Shown piece by piece: positions 15,541-31,214 of a DNA stretch of 64,000 nt. The stretch is from the human T2T-CHM13v2.0 reference genome, Homo sapiens. Within the stretch, counting starts at the first letter, position 1, and each line of letters begins with the position of its first letter. The notes under the pieces are model-generated. The model was not told the DNA's origin, searched no databases, and was given only the letters and a program-made list of their open reading frames with translations. Position numbers and translations under genes: made by a program. The stretch is from NCBI RefSeq assembly GCF_009914755.1, contig NC_060945.1. One strand, given 5' to 3'.

Positions 15541-15987
15541 TACCTTAGTCTGTTTTGTATTGCTACACACAAATACCTGAGATGAGTAATTTATAGAGAA
15601 AAGTGGTTTATTTAGCTCATGGTTCTGCAGGCTGGACAGTTCAAGGACATGGCCATGATTTCTGGCAAGGTCTTCTGTGCTGCATCATAACATGGCAGAG
15701 AAGGTCAAAATGGAAGCAGTTATGTGTGAAGAGGAAAAACCTAAGAGGCATCCTGGCTTGATAGCAACTCATTCTCAAGGGAATTCATTAAGTTCCATGA
15801 GAACTTATTCAGTCTTGCCAGAGTGAGAACTCATTCACTACCATGAGAAGGGCACTAAGCCATCAGGAGAGATTTACTCCAATGATTCAGACAATTCTCA
15901 CTAGGCTCCACTTCCCAAGACTGCCATTTCAGGGATCAAATTTCAACATGAGGTTTGGTGGGAACAAACTCAAACCAAATCACAGCA
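15541..15987 (-). mobile_element. MST-type MaLR LTR
   Basis: 'cttagtctgttttgtattgcta...ggttctgcaggctgg...atttcaacatgaggtttgg'. Confidence 0.8.
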
Positions 15988-18697
15988 TGAGGATATGATC
16001 AATGCAGATCAAAATTACTGTCTGATGTATTGGGTTCACTGTGTCAGGCAGAATGGTGTTTCCCCATAGGAGCCCGTTTTGAAGCCTCCATAGCTTATGT
16101 ATATATTAGATTAAATAGCAAAGGGGAATTCGAGGTGATAGATGGATATAAGGTTGCAATCAGCTGACTTCAAGACAGAAAATATTAGCTGACTTTAAGA
16201 CAGAAAAAATTATCCAGATAAGCAAAATATAATTATAAGAGGACTTCCAGCATGACTGTTGGAAAAATTATTCCCCAGTGAAACTGGTAAAAATTATTTT
16301 TTTTTAAAAAACAACTTTTTATAACCCCTGGAAATGATCCTAAAGGAATACAGCAAATGAAGAAACATCCATTCAATTAAATCTAGTAATATTCAGAATG
16401 AAAAGCAGGAGTGTGTAGTATTTAAGCAAAGTCCACTCTCCATTGCCCTCCCAGTTCAGAGATATTATCATAAGATATTAAAAACAATAAGATTTAATAG
16501 CTGACTTCTCCAATCTAGACTTCCTTAGCCAAGAACAAATGGCATCTTCTCCCACAGCTTCCAGTTGGAGAGCTTTCTTCTAGGGCAGAATGCAACATCC
16601 ACATTTCTTCTCCTACTGCCAGTTGTCTCCTGTTGCTGAGGTTGTTTCAGGTGAGAACAGTTGAGAGGCAAGGCCCCCTTCTTCACCCCACCCTCCACTC
16701 ATGGAACAGAGACTCCATTTCGGGCACAGTACCTTTAAAAATACTGGAGCCCCAGTTGCCTTACCCTGGATCATAAGTTTCCACACCAAGAAAACCAACT
16801 CATGAAGACCTCATGCTACAATCTCCACTTCCATTGGGCACTCAAGTTCAAAAGTAGGAGCATCACTCAGAGAAAGTATCCCATCATCTCAAACCTAACC
16901 ACAGAGGCCTAACTCAATATTTTACTAGAGGGAAAAGCAGGCCATAAAACTAATAGCTCCTAGTCTCTTCCCAAAGAAATTGACTTCACTTGCAACAGAG
17001 CACAGGGAAATTCTAGCCTATAGACATGGAGGTCATGGTGAAAAGCAACTGGGAGAAAATAGATTCAAGACATAGGCTGAACGGTAAGCCAGTTCGTTTG
17101 TAGGAGAGAACCTGAGAAAGAGAAAACTTAGAGAAAAAAATATACAACACTGATCTAAGAACCTCCTTCAAAGAAGCCCAAATCTGATTGTATTAGCCTA
17201 TAGAGCAATTTATAACCCAGGACATAGTTGAAAATAGTAGAGCAATCAGCCTCCAATTAATGGGGCATAACAGTTTGCTATCGTCAGGGAAAGAGATGAA
17301 GAGAGCCGTACCAAACCCACTATTGTCTCAAGGTGACTGTGGACATACCAAAAGCTGTGCCCCACTGAAGATTAACATCAGAGGTTTAACAGTGTGGGGT
17401 AGGAGAAAATAGACATCACTAAAATATTCCAGCCCTGAAAGGGAGGAGACTCATATGCAAAGTTGCCGTAATATATTATTCAAGAGGTCTAGTTTCCAAC
17501 AAGAAAATAATTAGGAATGCAAAGAAATGGGAAAGTATGACATATAAAATGAAAAAAGAAAAAGCAGGCAAAAGGAACTGTGAGAGCAGCCAGATATCAA
17601 ATTTAACAGGAAAGGCTTCATGGTAGCCATTTTAAGTATGTTCACAGATTGAAAGGGAACTTTGTTTAAAAAGTAAAGGAAGTCATGATGACGATGTCCA
17701 ACACAAGACAAAGTATCAATAAAGAGATAAAAATTATTATGGAAATTCTGGAGCTGATAAACACAAGAACTGAAATGAAAATTATACTAGATGGGCCCAA
17801 CAGTAGATTTGAATTGGCAGAAGAAGGAATGAGCAAACTTGAAGATAGACTCATTCAGATTATGCAAGCTAAAAAACAGAAAACATAAAAAAGAGAAATA
17901 AGGAGCCTCAGGGAAATCTGGGACACCATTAAGTGCATCAACATCCATGTCCATATCCACATCAGACACATCATAGTAAAAATGCTTAAACTTAAAACAA
18001 GGAGAAAATCTTGAAAGCAGCAAGAGAAAATTACAACAAAACAAAACTCCTCACTTTCAAGGGAACCTCAATACGATTTAACAGCTGACTTCTCAGCAAA
18101 AACAATGTAGGCTGGAAGGCAATAGGATATCATATTTAAAGTGTTCAGTTAAAAAAAAAAAAAAGCAAAACCTGTCAGCCAAAAATCTTATATCAGGTAA
18201 ATCTATCTTTCCAAAATTAAAGTAAAATAAGAACATTCCTAGATTAACAAAAACTGAGAGAATGTGTTGCTAGCAGACCCACCTTACAATAAACTCTAAA
18301 GGAGTTTCTTCAGGCTGACGGGAAATAACCCTAGATAATAATTTGAATACACATAGAAAAATAGGAGCTTCAATAAAGTTAGTTATATGATTCCACAAGG
18401 CAGTATAAATCTATATTTTTCTTTTTCTCTTGATTTACAAAGCAGTTGTATAAAATAATATGTTACAATGTATTGTTCGGTCTGTAACACAGAAATGTAA
18501 TAAATTGGTAATATGTTTGCTAATGACAGCACAAAGGAGGTGGGTGAGAACAAACCTACATTGGGCTAAGGAAATGACTGCAGATGAGTAAGTTAATAAT
18601 TATAACAAAGTATCATGAGTTTGTAGGTTTGTAATATTAATACATAAATATGTATAATACCAGTATAACAAAAATAGGGGAAAAAGAATAGAGATAA

Positions 18698-19375
<678 letters not shown>

Positions 19376-19796
19376 GAGTTATATAGAAATAATATTCCAA
19401 TATCTTACTAGAATTAAGTTAGCATAAATCTGAAAATTAATATGATAGTTAAAATTTATGTAGTATGCCCTAAAGAAACCACTTTTTTGAAAAACTCAAA
19501 AGATATAGTAAAAATAAATAAATAAATTTAAATGCTTAATTAGAAAATATTATATAATGCAAAAGAAATCAGTAAAGGAACAAAAACAGACAGGAGAAAC
19601 ATAGAAAATAGACCTTTAATATACCTTTATACCTAAATTACCTTTAATATACATGCAGAAATCCTTAACAAAATACTAGCAAACTAAATCCAGCAACATA
19701 TAAAAAGAATTATATACCATGACCAAGTAGGATTTATCCCAGGAATGCAAGGTTGATTAAACATACAACAAATAATTAATGTAATACATTATATCA

Positions 19797-20129
<333 letters not shown>

Positions 20130-20807
20130 TCATATCCATAAACACAGAAAAAGCATTTAACAAAACCCTATATCATTTCTGATAAAAATACTCAATAAAC
20201 TAGGAATAGAAGGAAACCTTCCTCCACTTGATAACGGGTATTTGTGAGAAACCCACATGTGACATCATCCTTGATGGTAAAAATGAATGCTTTCCTCTTA
20301 AGATCAAGAAAAAGAGGACACCTACTCTCACCACTTCTATTCAACACAGTATTTGAAGGTCTAGCCAGAGAAATTAGGGGAAAAAATAAAATGATCCAAA
20401 TTAGAAAAAAATAAGAAAAGCTATCTTTATTCTCAGATAACATTGTCTTGCATATAGAAAATCCTAAGTATCCACTAAAATTATAAATACCCAATGACTT
20501 CAACAAGGTGATAGGACACAATAGTAGTATCAACAAACATCATTTGTATCCCATATATTTATAACAAACAATCCAAATATGAAAGTAAGAAAACAAACCC
20601 ATTTACAATACAATAAAAAAATGCTAAGAAATAAATTTAACAAAGTAGTACTAAAGTTATACTCTGGAAATGGCAACATATTTTTGAAAATTAAAGACTC
20701 TGTACTGAATGGAAAGGCAACTTATATACATGAATCAGGATACTAAATAATTGTTAAGATGGCAGTACTCCTCAAGAATCCCAGCTGACCTCTTGCAGAA
20801 ATTGATG

Positions 20808-21135
20808 TATTTAAATTGTGCAACCTGGAACGTTTAGCCTCTCTTAACAGAGATTGATGTGTATAGAGCACATTACAAATCTTCCAGACCATTAACTGGT
20901 CTATTTCTACATAGCAGCTTTACCAGCTTGAAAAGATATTTTGCACAATGCTTTTTAAAAACATACAAAAACCAAATATGAGTCTTATTCTTAATACTTT
21001 TACTATTCAGGAAAATAAAAAATGAATTTGTGTTTCCATAAAATTATTTTATTTTAGGCTCACTTCTTCTTAATTATTTTATAGATACTACAGTAGTTTT
21101 CCACTTACAAAAGAAAAAGTTGTCGATAAAGTGGA
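20808..21135 (+). repeat. Diverged copy of 7555-8065 inserted into L1 ORF2
   Basis: Collinear shared blocks ttaacaga, cagcttg, attcaggaaaataaaa, attttaggctca. Confidence 0.75.
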
Positions 21136-22989
21136 GGCAGGAGACCCACAATAGTCAAAATAACCTTGAAAATAAAGAACAAGGTAGGAGTACTTCACAA
21201 TTTCAAAACTTCCTACAAAGCAATGACAGTCAACACAGTGTGATGCCAGCACAAGAACAGATGTATATACCAATGGATAAGAATTGAGAGACCAAAAATA
21301 AAACCATACATCCATAACCAATTGATTTTAAATAATTCAATGAAAGACGGAATAGTCTTTTCAATACATGGTACTGAGATAATTGGATAGCCACATGCAA
21401 AAGAATGAAATAAGACCTCTATTTTACACCATATACAAAAATTAACTGGAAATGGATCAAAAAACTAAATGTAAAACTATAACACATTGGAGAAAATATT
21501 TACAAGCTTTTATGTGACAAATGATTGATAGATATGACTCCAAAGGCAGGAAGAACAAGAGAAACAACAGACCATTTGAACTTCATTAAAATAAAAACTT
21601 TTAACATTCAAAGAAAACCATCAAGAAAGTGAAAACACAGCTCATAAAATGGAAGAAAATATTTGAAAGTCATGTATCTGATATGGGTCATGTATCTAGA
21701 ATATATAAAATCTCTTACAACTCAGCAATAAAAAGACAAACCCATTTTGAAAAGGTAAAGAATCTGAATGAACATTTTTTTCACAGAAGATACAAAAAAT
21801 GACTAAAAACACATGTGAAGAAGTTCAGTTTCATTAGTTATCTGGGAAATGCAAATGAAACCACAATGAAATACCACTTCACACCTGCTATGATGACTAT
21901 AATCAAAAAGACAGATAATCAGAAAGGTTGACAAAAATTTGGAGAAAATAGAATCCCCATAGATTACTAGTGGAAATGTAAAATGGTGCAGTCATTTTGG
22001 AAAACGGTCTTACTCTTCCTCAAATGATTAATAGAGTATCCTATGTCACAGCAAGTCCATTCCTAGGCATATACACAAAAGAATTGAAGACAGATATTCA
22101 AAGAAATACTTGTATTTTAATATGTATTTTTAAGTGAATGTTATTATAGCAATATTTTATTGTTATTTATTGTTATAGCATCATTATACTATGATTTCCA
22201 ATAGCCAAAAGGTAAAAATAATCCATAAACAAAGTATGAGTATATCCATATAATAAAATTATATTTGACCATAAAAATGAAGTATTGATAGATACTGCAG
22301 CACAAATAAGCCTTGAAAACATTATGCTAAGTAAAAAAAATTCAGTCCCAAAAGACTATATAATGTATGATTCCATTCGTATCAATTGTGAAGAGTAGAG
22401 AAATTTATACAGACAGAAAGTATATCAGTGGTTGCTTAGGACTGAGGATGGTGGGACGATGGGAGATAATAAAGAAAACTAGGAGTTTCTTCTTGAGGTG
22501 AGAAGAATGTTCTAAAATTGACTGTTGTGCTGGTTGAACAGATCTGTGAGTCATTGAATTGTACACTGTAACTGAGTAAAATGTGTTACGTTAATTAGAT
22601 CTTAAAAAAACTTAAAGTAAGTAGAAGATGGAGGCAAAGGATGCACAGTTGAATAAAGAGAGTGATGACAGAAGCAAGGCATAGTGATGCAGTGTGAGAA
22701 ATGCTTAGCCTGCTTGTGGTGGCATTGAAGATGGAGGAAAAGGGTCATGAGACAAAAACCATGGAAAGCCTCCAGAAGCCAGAAGCCTCCAGAAGACTCC
22801 AGAAAAACAGAAGAAATGGGTCCTCCACTAGAGCCTCTAGAATGAAATACAGCCCTTTGTAGTTAGCCCAAGTGAAAACCATGTTGGACTTCTGACCTAC
22901 AGAATTATAAAATAAATCTGTGTTGTTTTAAGCCACTAAAAGTATGGTAATTTGTTACAGCAGCCATAGAAAACTAGCATGGATTAACT

Positions 22990-23397
22990 CTGGTGGTCAT
23001 TTTAATATGCCAGCTTGGATAAGCTACAGTCCCCAGTTATTCAGGGAAACACTAATCTATCTGCTGTTGTGAAGATATTTCACAGAAGTGATTACAGTGA
23101 ATAATCAGTTGACTTTAAATACTGGGGATCATCCTAGATAATTGGAGTTGACCTGATTCTATTAGTCAAAAGGCATTTAAAACAGAACTAGAAATTTCCT
23201 GAAGAAGAAATTCTGGATGTGGACAAAAAATTCACCCTGTGCTTGAGAGTATGACAAGCCCTTCCTGCTGTCCTGTCTACAGACTTTGGATTTGCCTGGC
23301 TGGTCCTCACCATTGCATTATCTAATTGCTTATGACACATTTTTAAATACACTCCTGGTCCTTGTTCTGATTCTCTGCTTCAACCCTAACTGACAGA
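22990..23397 (+). mobile_element. MLT2-type ERVL LTR
   Basis: 'ggtcattttaatatgccagcttgg...ctacagtccccagttattcag...aatcagttgactttaa...ccctaactgacaga'. Confidence 0.7.
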
Positions 23398-23764
23398 GTC
23401 ACATTGGGAGTGTTTGGTGGTAACTGTTCCAATAGCTCTTTGTGTCAATTTGTTGTATAATCATCTGTTAGAACTTTTCCTGGGAAGGCAGCTGCATAGC
23501 ACTTATGACAATGATTGAGCAATAGGACATCAGTCTCCTGTGATCACACATTTGAGCACCATAACCATGGGGAACACTATGAGAAGGCTTATGATAAGAG
23601 TCCATAGTTAATTTTGAAGATGAAAGTCAAGAGAGTCATATTAAAGCAAGAGAATAAAACTCCTCATTTATTGCTCACAGAAAAAGATGTAACCAAATTA
23701 ATTTAACTGGTTGTTGACAAAGATATGTAATTTTATGTCTTTGTTTTGTGAGCCTTTTTGTAGA

Positions 23765-24031
23765 TTAAGGCAACCTGAGAGAGATGAAGCTATAAGCACA
23801 ATAGTCCTCTAAGACAACAAATACTTTACTCGCAAAGATCGGTGATAAATCTAAGACACTTTTATTTTGAACCATTCCCTGCCTGATTTCATGCCAGAGT
23901 GCTAAAGCCATAGTGACATGATCTAGTTGTTCTTCTATTCTATGAATTCTAGTCAGGATTTTTCTTACTTTTAGAGAATCATAAAATAAAGGAAAAAGCC
24001 AAAAACCTTTTTCAATTATTAAAATTTTCAA
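23765..24031 (-). pseudogene. Degenerate gamma-type env TM (immunosuppressive-domain relic)
   Basis: EIRQGMVQNKSVLDL...VFVVLEDYCAYSFIS resembles the 'LQNRxxLD...C-x6-CC' region. Confidence 0.65.
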
Positions 24032-24344
24032 AGTCCAAGTTTCAAATTTTTTCCTTCTTAATTTAAATTATCTAAAGATATCTTTTTAGTAGGGAGAAAA
24101 ATAGAGGCTGAAAGAGATCCTGGGTGAAATCATGGATGCTGTGTGACAGTCTTCAGATCATGGATCTCGTGAGGATAACAGCCAATATGTTGCATGCCTC
24201 AAATCCAATATCAGCCATTAGTGACTAGTAATTTGTTTTCAGCTAGAACACCACATATTCTATTGTGAAATATTATTTTAATAATTTTCTGTCATTCTTC
24301 AAGAGTCGTCAGCATCAGGCAGCATTAATTGTAGTATAGAAAAG

Positions 24345-25255
24345 GTAGAGCCATTGTACAATGTGGTGATTATAGTTTAAAACAATGTATAGTCATTCCT
24401 CTTTTATCCACAGGGGATAGGTTCCAAAATCCCCACTGGATGCCTGAAACCACAGATTATTCTAAACCCTATGTAAAATTTTTATTTTTATATACATACA
24501 TATCTATGATAAAGTTGAATTTATAAAGTAGGCACAGGAAGAGACTAGTAATAACAATAATAAAATAGAACAATTATAACAACATTCTGTTCACAATTTA
24601 ATGGGCAGAAAATTCATTTTTACCATAGATCGTAGAAAACTCAGCATGATTTCTTTTCTTTCCTTATTAAGTAGAGAACTTTCACCTTGTCACTTACAGG
24701 AGATGCCTAACAGTTTCTCTTTGACATATCTGAATTGTGCTTTAGGGACATCATTAAGTAAAATAAGGATTACTTGAACACAAGCACTGTGATACTGCCA
24801 CAGTTGATCTGACAAGCAAGATGGCTACCAAGGGCTTAACACACGAATACCACATACAGCATGGATACACTGGACAAAGGGATAATCCCTGTCCCGGGAG
24901 GGACAGCATGAGATTTCATCACGCTACTCAGAAAACTTATTAATCGTTTAGTTCTTGAGTTTTCTATTTAATTTTTTTGACTGCAGTTTACTGCAGGTAA
25001 CAAAAATCATGGAAAGAGAAACTGTAGATAAGGAGCATTACTTTAGTATATACTTGAAAATTGGTAAGAGAGTAGATTTTAAATGTTCTCAGCACAAAAA
25101 TAAGATAAGTATGTGAGGTAATGGATATTTTAGTTTGATTTAGTCATTCCACAATGTGTGTGTGTGTATGAATATGTATCACAAAATTATGTTGTACACC
25201 ATAACTATATATAATTTGTATTTGTCAATTAAAAAAATAAACATTTAAAGATAAA
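24345..25255 (+). mobile_element. L1MA-like 3' end split by MER44
   Basis: 'gtacaatgtggtgattatagtt' | 'tatacttgaaaattggtaagagagtagattttaaatgttctc...tttgtcaattaaaaaaataaa'. Confidence 0.75.
24389..25044. mobile_element. MER44C/D-like Tigger DNA transposon
   Basis: 'ttatccacaggggataggttccaaaatccccactggatgcctgaaaccacagat' with matching distal end 'gaaactgtagataaggag'. Confidence 0.85.
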
Positions 25256-26159
25256 TAAAGGAGACATTTGTTCACTATAAAAAAGAAAAAAAAACTTTGG
25301 GTACATCTAAGTCAATAAATGAAGTTGAAAATGTAGTATAGCTCTCTTATAAGATATGTAAAAGTAATACAGCCTCCAAATATACATTATCTATTTCCTT
25401 TTATTTTTCCGGGTCTGTTTTTCTGAAAGTTCTGTTACAAAGGCTGGTTGCTACAAAGTCCTCTTTCTAAATATGATGTATAGGTTTAATCCTGAATTTT
25501 AAGTGTAGAAAAAAGAGAAATACATATAAAGATAAAGAATAATAGCATGCAGATTAAAGTATATGACAAGCTATGTTTAGATTATTTGAATATCGTTCTG
25601 TGTGCCTTGGATCAACAACTTCTTGCAGTTGCCAACTTGTTACAAAGATTATGGGTTGAAGCTGTCACCTAAAGATTGTCCACTTCTAGAAGATTCTTTA
25701 AAATCCTCATTTTGAGGTTTCTAGTTGGAACAGTTTTCTAATTCTTTGAGGATGAATTCTCTTCTCCTAGTAAAGTATATCCAAGAAACAAGTGTACTTT
25801 TAGAGTTATGCTAACTAGTTACAGTACTTGATGAGATGTTTTCATTAGAGTTCAATAACCCTATCTGGTATCTCTTCCAGAAGACAAGATCTTAACATTT
25901 CAGACCATGTAAGCATTATTTAGGAGGATGTTGAAGAAATACTGTATGTATTGATGATGATTAGGTGCATTTTATGAGTTCTTTGCAGTATCAGAGGATG
26001 TCTGCTTGAATTTGACCAGAATGTAGAATCAGAGTAAATTTCTAGGTGTAAGAGGCAGTCTGATTTCAATTCAGAATGGAAGAACAAATAAGATCCTAAA
26101 AATAGGCAATTTCTTTGTCATTAAAAACAATGCCAATACTCTTTGGATTCCTATAATGT

Positions 26160-26700
26160 CTGAAAGCTTTGTTGATGTTTTAGCTTAAGAATTAATTGTT
26201 CCTTCTATCATTTCTGAAGATTGGGATAATATGGGCAGTAAAGTTTCTGAATAAGCAGCAAAGTGTTGAAAATCTTGTTAGTGACAGTCCCAGTAAAATG
26301 GGTATCTCTGTTACTGCAGAGATAGGTTGGAATTCCCAGAATGGGATAACAAAATCAAGTGGTATTTTTGCTAGTATCAGATCATAGCTCTTTCAAAGAA
26401 AAGCTTCAATCCATCACCAGAATTAGAAAACACTGACAAACATATTCAAAATCAGTTGTGGAGGATAGTAGGACAAAACTTACTTGGAGATGTCCCGAGA
26501 CATTTTTCTATTTTTTAGCTATTTTTCATTTTTCTTCTTTATAATTTTACCAGGACTATGCTGCTGGCGATTGGTGAGATTTTCATCAGCGGCATCGTCA
26601 ACAATTTGGGTCAAACGTTTCAGTAATGCTAGTTGACTACTGCAGCCAAATTGTCCTTGCTATAGTCAGTCAATGCTTTCATTAAAATTTTATGAAAGTT
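26160..26700 (-). pseudogene. Degenerate retroviral integrase
   Basis: Manual translation with frameshifts: QQHSPGKIIK...WIEAFL*...LDFVIPFW/GIPTYLCSNRDTHFTGTV...QKLYCPYYP/QSSEMIEGT. Confidence 0.8.
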
Positions 26701-27243
26701 TCTATTCAAGATTCTCTGGTGCCAACAAACTCCTGAAAGGGCCAGAGATTATTCTCATGCAATTTGCAAGGATGTTTTTTTCTGGTATTTCTTTCTGACA
26801 TTGGAATCAAAACTAGCTTTAAACCATTCAAAGTATTTGGCCTCTTGGACTGTCCTGAGAGCAAGGATTTTTCTCATGGTTTTCTACCTAAACAGCCATG
26901 AATTTTACTTTAACCTCTATGTTATTTACTTTTGTGTACATTGTTGACATTCCCAGTAAAATGCAAAAAAAAAAAAAAAAGAATGTTTATCTGAAGGACA
27001 CTAAAGAAGGTAGAACACAGATTTACAACTATAATGTAATGCAGAAGATAAAATAGTACTTTTATTCAAAACCACAAGAGTGGAATAACTATTTTATTAT
27101 GTCCTTGAGGTGCTTCATACATCAATATCCTCTCCAGGTGACTTTCTTCCGTAGGAAGACAAAATTATTACACAGATAAGTGCAAGCTATGATGAGCTCC
27201 TACTTCTTTAGACTTTGAAATATTGGTTTCAGTGTTTCTTTAG

Positions 27244-27673
<430 letters not shown>

Positions 27674-27931
27674 GCATCTGATAGTTTTAATGTAAGGTCA
27701 GTAAAACATATTCTAGATCCATTTATGCTTTTGTCCAATGGCTCTTTCAAAATATTCATGGAGGTGTGAGAGATGTGGTTCTCATTGAGGTGTTTGCTTG
27801 CATATCATATTCTCCATTTAAAGCTGAAGATAATTTCCCTCATCAAAAAGACTGATCCTAAAGCTAGTTTCACATGTACTTTAGGATCGACTGCTTAATA
27901 CTATCCAAAGACATTTAAATGCCTATGGCTG

Positions 27932-28152
27932 ATATCTCCAATGGGCTCATTCTTCCTTTGCCTATAGGCCCAAATTTTATTCCAGACTATTTTCATAGAA
28001 GAGATTGGAGGTAGCCTTCAAAAAATCTTAGAGTTGTTAAAATGCATACTATTATCTCCAATGGGCTCATTCTTTCTTTACCTATAGGACAAAATTTGAT
28101 TCAAGTCTATTTTCGTAGAAAAGACATTGGAGGTATCCTTGAGAAGATCTTA
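27932..28152. repeat. Diverged ~121-bp tandem duplication inside ERV gag
   Basis: 'tatctccaatgggctcattctt...cctatagg...attggaggta.cctt' occurs twice. Confidence 0.85.
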
Positions 28153-29572
28153 ACCAGTATGTATAGCTAATTCCAGTGGTTTTTGATGTAATAAGTAGAC
28201 TAGGGTAGTCCTCTGAGGACATGCTGAGGAACTTCCCACTCTACCTTTTCCATTTCATAGCTTGTACTTCTTGTACTTAAGGTCTCTACTACATTAAGCA
28301 AAAATTGGTATAGAGTATAAAGCTCTACATCTTCTTAGAACTAAATTATTCTGTGAATTTGTGAATTTCTTTCTTTCATGTCTTGGCTTTGGAAAGTTCT
28401 TTACAAGAATGAGACTAGGGCTTAAAATCAGCCCTAAGAAGCTACTCTAATTTGAAAGAGGCAATTGAGTTGTGAGGGTTTCTTGTAGAGCAGAAGGGAA
28501 AGGAAGTAGGTCAGAAGTGGGGGGGTCAGAGTGTGATGTAGGATCATAATGGAAGGAAAAGAAATGTGGAAGAAATCTAGTAGATTTGAAATGTGATTTA
28601 GGAAGATAAAAGAGAAAGATAGTTTCATGTTTTTTTCACATTTTTTCTTCTGACTTAGCTACACATTTTTTTACAGAAGTAATTTTGGAATCTGAATTTT
28701 TTTGGAAGCTTCCCCTAGTAATAAAAAATGATAAACATAAGAGGTTTGGAATTTTGCCCCTGTTTTGTTCTAAGGCACTTCTCAAATGAATAATTTTTTT
28801 CATAGCAGAAGCCCCTCCCCCCAAATATTCATTGTAATCCTTAATTATCTTTCAAGAAATTACGGTATTTAGAAAGACAAATACCTAATTAGTGTTATAG
28901 TATGGACACGTAAAAGAAGGTGAAGTCTGTCCCGGAGATGGCATAGACTGACAATCTGATAAATTCATAATTCTTCTCGTGTTCAGGAGTTTTCAAAAAG
29001 TTTCTTCCTGAACCAAACTGTCACAGAAGAATTTAGACAAGACTGTGGCAAGGTGTAAAAAGGCTTTGACAGATAGCCCAATGCAAACGTTTTCCATAAC
29101 GCCTGTCTGACATGGCTTTCTGAATTTATCAGCCCTTAGAGTGAGCTTCAATGAATGGATTTATTAGGTCTATGTCCAATCTCTTCTCTAAGACCTTGGT
29201 CTTATAAGCTTATATCAGAGTATGACAAAGACCTTCCCACTCCATCCCCTAGAAAACTTAAAAACACAGCAGTGTATTACGAGTTAAAGACGGGACCCCT
29301 CCAAGGATGGGAATTTCAAACCTGGTTACAAAATCAACTAATTCCAATATGCATAGAATTGAAAGAAACTAAGCAGTTTGGAGCCTAGGAACCTGAAAAA
29401 AAAAATCAGAGCTCAGACCCAGTCCAAAACTTAGCTCAGTACAGCAGTTGTAGAGGCTCCTGGGAGGATGTTCCAGGCACCTTCACAGAGAATGTTGTTT
29501 AGGATTGAGGATCTCGACCTGTGGTAGTGAGGGGGTTTCAAATGGAGCTACAAAACCTCCAGAATTACCAAC

Positions 29573-30055
29573 TGTTGAATCCTCCAAAGACCAGGAAAAA
29601 AACAAAACAAAACAGGAAAACACTGATCAAGCAAAACTAAACTTTAAAGACTTACTGCAGTCAGAATACCACCTAACAGAGTCTTAACAGTATTTCAGTA
29701 ACTGAATATTAGAAAAAAGTAGGTATAATCTCCTAGGGCCTGAGCTGGGCTTTTCTAAGGCAGATCTTTCAAATTTGAGAATTAATTGGCATTGACAGAA
29801 TTTGTGACTTAATAACTTCAAATTGGTATATACAGCAAGATGAATTGAGTTTTGAGCAGCATACTACTAGCATTGATAAATAAACTATTTCAGTTGGCTC
29901 ACTCTTATCTTCCAGGAATGAATATTTTCTGGGGAAAGCAACTAAGTTATTTTTGCTTGGCCTCAGTGTAACATAGAAACAGAAAAATTACCTGAACCCA
30001 ATAGATGTATTTTTTAACACAAAGATAGGAATTCCTGTTGGTTTCAGTTCTTTGC
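29573..30055 (-). mobile_element. 5' LTR of ancient ERV1 provirus (MER110-like)
   Basis: Minus strand reads 'agaactgaaaccaac...actgaggccaagcaaaaataacttagttgc...cctggaagataagagtgagccaactgaaa'; similar to 14900-15490. Confidence 0.65.
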
Positions 30056-31214
30056 ATAAAGCATTGGTGTCCTCAACATATCAAATTTATTTCTCCCATT
30101 GTTTTTAATGTATTTTTCCCAGTTATCCATTAAAAATAGGTTATCTTTTCAGTGGTTACTAATATTGCCTTCCTTCCATCAATTACAATCATCCCATGCC
30201 TCTGATTTTATGAAAAGTTTCTTAACGGTAGAATTTAGGATTTGAGAAACATTTATTATTTTGAATGTCACTGAAAGCTCTACAAAGTGAAACCAAAGTA
30301 AAAATTGAGGATCTGAATCATAATTAATGGAGATTTAGCTCAAGTGTTTACCCAGATCCTTCCCCTAATCTCTGGATTTCAAGTGAACACAATTGCATAA
30401 ATCCCTTTAATGGTCCATTTTTATGCTAAATGCTCTGCTTTCCTGCTTCTTTCCTACACGCCTACACTGCCACACCAAATTCATTCAAGACCAGGTCGCC
30501 CTATCTAAATCCCTCTTCCCCAACCATCAGGGCAGATTGGTTAAGAAGGTACAAAATATTAAAGAGATTGGGAACTTAGCTGATTTTATTTTCCTTCAGC
30601 TGGTGCCCAGAGTGATACATCATAAGATTCTTGGCTTTTCTGCCTTCTCTGCTTCTGAAAAACCCCAACTAATCTTTTCTAGATCCTGACAATCCTCAGG
30701 ATCTCTAAGCAGCTTCCTCTCCCAAAGTGCAAACACCATAAACAGTAGTATCTCTTTATGCCTCAAGCAGAGGAATGCTTTCTGCCTGGATGACATTTTT
30801 TTAGTTGACCATGATCTTAAGGAGACCATAAAACTCTTGGTTCCCCAAGGGTAAACCTTTGCTTTGAGCCATATCCATGTATCTCTTATTCAAGATGTTA
30901 TTTCAACTTCCTTACTGGCAAAGAAGACTATGGTGTGTCACCTCTCCAAGAGACAAGAGAAAAACTGTCTTGCATGCCTAAACACTATGGTCAGTAACCT
31001 CTATTGGCCATTTAAACTTCTGAATACCTCACAACACAAATATGATTATTCTTACTATTTGATACTTGAGAAAATAGCACATTAGAATGTTAAAAAGCTA
31101 CTTTTGGTCACATTGCTAGTGAGTAATATGGACAGAATTGGAAGGCTATGCTCTTTTTATTACACTGCTATGTCATCATTGGTAGAACTTTCATGAGTCC
31201 TTACCCTGCATAAG

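Noticed and set aside
29500-29572. Primer-binding site of the ancient provirus
   Set aside because: Too decayed to assign a tRNA.
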